Shown here piece by piece: positions 61,393 to 64,000 of a DNA stretch of 64,000 bases. Below the pieces are notes generated by a model, which saw only the letters and a list, made by a program, of their open reading frames with translations, was not told the origin of the DNA and ran no database searches. Numbering within the stretch: the stretch's first letter is position 1; each line of letters begins with the position of its first letter. Made by a program: the position numbers and the translations under genes. This DNA comes from Balanoglossus misakiensis (taxonomy: Eukaryota > Animalia > Hemichordata): positions 6,913,337-6,977,336 of the forward strand of contig CM082586.2 in the NCBI GenBank assembly GCA_040954595.2, read 5' to 3'.

Positions 61393-64000
61393 TACTTTTT
61401 CACAGATTATTAGATATCATAGTCTGTCTTAACCGAGCATAGTCGGATAAAAGTTATCTCATTTTCTGGGACTTTGTCGGAACATCACATAAAACCAGGG
61501 ATAAGCATCTGGTTACTTATCAGGAACTTATTGATCCAGGTTTTTTGGGAGAATAAAAGAAGAAAAGTATTAAAGAATGCATTGTGGGAAAACGCGTGGT
61601 ACATTGATGGGTCCTATACTGTCATTATTGATCAAATATTGACTGAAAAACAAGTTCTGTCAATAATATGGGAATCATATTTAATCATGTGATCATATTT
61701 TGTCACTGCCACATGTGCTGTTCTTTGGTGTGCTTTGTCTGAATTCTAACAGAGAAAAATAAAAGTTGTGTTAGATTATCATCAATTGGAACAGCAAAAT
61801 AAAAAAGGTTTGAATTACAACAGTTCATAAAATGTAAAATATATAAATGTCATAATTTTTAAATAAATATCAGACATTTGAACCAATATAACAGTGCTGT
61901 GTACATTACCAAGTGCAATATTACTCCAACTGTTATTAACAAAGGAACTTCTTTGAATTCTATACTTTCTCTTGTCAATAATATTTCAACATGAAGGAAA
62001 ATGTTATTTCAGAGTGTTGGAAGAGTGTGGGATTGAATTCTGTTGACAGAAAATAAATATGAAAAAATACAATAATAGGTAACATATTTTAGCTTTGGAA
62101 TTCCAAAATGAACGCTAGTAATTTTCATCAAAGATATATTAGTTTCCATCAATGTGAAGACTGCAGTCAATATGGCGGTTCTTGATTGAAAAACTGGAAT
62201 GTTCCAGAATGTGGTCACAATGATTGGTTTGAAATTACACATTCAGGTATGTCGTGGAATTTGCATTGATGAGCGAGATGGTGAGTGGTTTAATTTATGC
62301 TCTAATTGAGGTGAAAGAGAGGTCATCCTGATATCTGAGGAGAAACGAGAATAGGAGACAAAACTCACAGTTTACTAAGCGTGTCGTATTATAATATTGC
62401 CTGTGGTTGAAAATAATTTCACATGTAGCTACTGCTTTCGCACGTAGCATATCAATGTTATGAGACCCGACAACACCCGAACAGCTGACGGATACTTCTG
62501 TCTGGTTGCTATGGAAACTGACAACCAATGGCCGCCGCTCATGAATATTTATCAGCCGACTTCGAGTAGAGGTAATATCTGCCTGCAACAACGGCGATGA
62601 GTGTGTGTGTATTTGTGCCCGGGGAAGACTATAGTGTCGGATGTCACCTTTGAAGTTATTTTCTACCGAGTGGTGTTGTAGGGCTTGTTTTGTGCGAGTG
62701 GGGTTATAGTTTTGCGAGCTTCTCTGGCATCTTGTTGCCAGCGCGCATCAGATCTTGTTCGTGCGACCAAGTCCACATTGCCTCTCTTTCTAGCGATGGG
62801 TGTCCATGCTTCGAAAAAATGCAAGGTAACATATTTTTCCTAATTTATTTTAACATCAAGAATCATGTCATGCTGTGAGAAAATTCTTCTGCATACTTGA
62901 GCCCAAGGAATTTGTTTCACCAAGGAATGATGATACGTACAATGTATGTATATTTGCATCATCATTTATGAAAAGTACATTTCTGCATTTCCCATTAAGA
63001 GAACCTCGAGCTAAAGCTCAACTTTTAAGCAGAAATATCCACACTAAGTTTTTTTTTAATGATAGAAGTTGCTCATCCAAACTCGATAATTAGCTGTTAC
63101 CATGGCAACGTGTACATGCCTGTAACCTCGCTGATAATGACACATAAAGTATGGATGATTTTTTATTTTTTTGTCTACATTTTAAGAGATCATAATGTAA
63201 ACTACATTACTACACTACTTTGGTTCAAAGCCGTCGGCAGTATCCACTGATATTCTCCAGGAAATTAAATTGTGGGACCTCGAAGATGAGAAAATGTTAT
63301 TTCTGCCAGTGCATTTACTGGACAAAATTGCTAACCAGAGGTTCAAAGGAAATTAATGTGGAATGATGGCAGATGTGCGATTGGAATATGGTCCGCGGAC
63401 TTGTACTGCGCAAAAATATTGATTTTTCAAAGATAATTAAAAAAAATTCATCAATTTTCCGGCTGGCAGTGCACACATATGGTACCTTTATGATCGTGGA
63501 ATACACCATTCCCGTTCCAAGTACACAATGACATACTTGCCAGTGTTAATGATTTTAATTTGCCAATTAGTGTTTATTTGGGTAAAATCTTTTCTTAAAA
63601 CACCACGCGGTGTTTTTGTTAAGGGCGGTACCCAGGTTAATGTTACCGGGGTTCCCCAGTCATTTTACCGGGGCTACCCTTGGTATATCAATGGAGTCAT
63701 GTTAGTAGATGGCAGGAGCTTTACCAGGGTTCCCAAGTCATTTACCAGTGTTCCTTAGCCTTAGCAAAAACACTGCCAGGGTAACCTAGTCGACATGTAC
63801 GTTTAGATTGAACAATGTATACTTGTATACATGTGATATCTTCCCTCATCCTAAACTTACATTTTTCCTTTCATGACAAAATCTACCAGGTATTGATCCC
63901 CACCCTTTTAGTTGCTTCTGAGTGATACCAGCTGTTTAATGCACCACTGATGAATTCTGTTACACCATTGTATTCCGAGATCCATCGATTGTGATCTTCG

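Noticed and set aside
63620-63790. Degenerate short repeats ttaccagggttccc
   Set aside because: Few, irregular units, probably an old repeat fragment; no structure can be supported

Overview
Eukaryotic, intron-containing animal DNA with GT-AG introns, microsatellites and many non-autonomous DNA transposons. An invertebrate, possibly deuterostome-like, source is my inference and cannot be proven from the window. Gene order: a 9-exon OATP/SLCO transporter (+); a secreted EPN-type C-type lectin (+); then a ~30 kb interleaved cluster of five intronless PLAC8/cornifelin-like genes, four 4-exon CRAL-TRIO (alpha-tocopherol-transfer-protein-like) genes, UQCC2 and an intronless TMEM45-like gene. Next comes a 7.4 kb nest of five Helentron/HINE-like elements, a complete 21-exon RFC1 (-), and the first exons of an unidentified gene divergent from RFC1. 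No prokaryotic-type system (CRISPR etc.) is present and I cannot claim a proven new biological system. The best leads are the mirror-image PLAC8/CRAL-TRIO cluster, exon-specific homogenisation of two CRAL-TRIO paralogs, the four-level element nest, and a hairpin transposon that duplicated a splice donor. All exon coordinates were read by eye.
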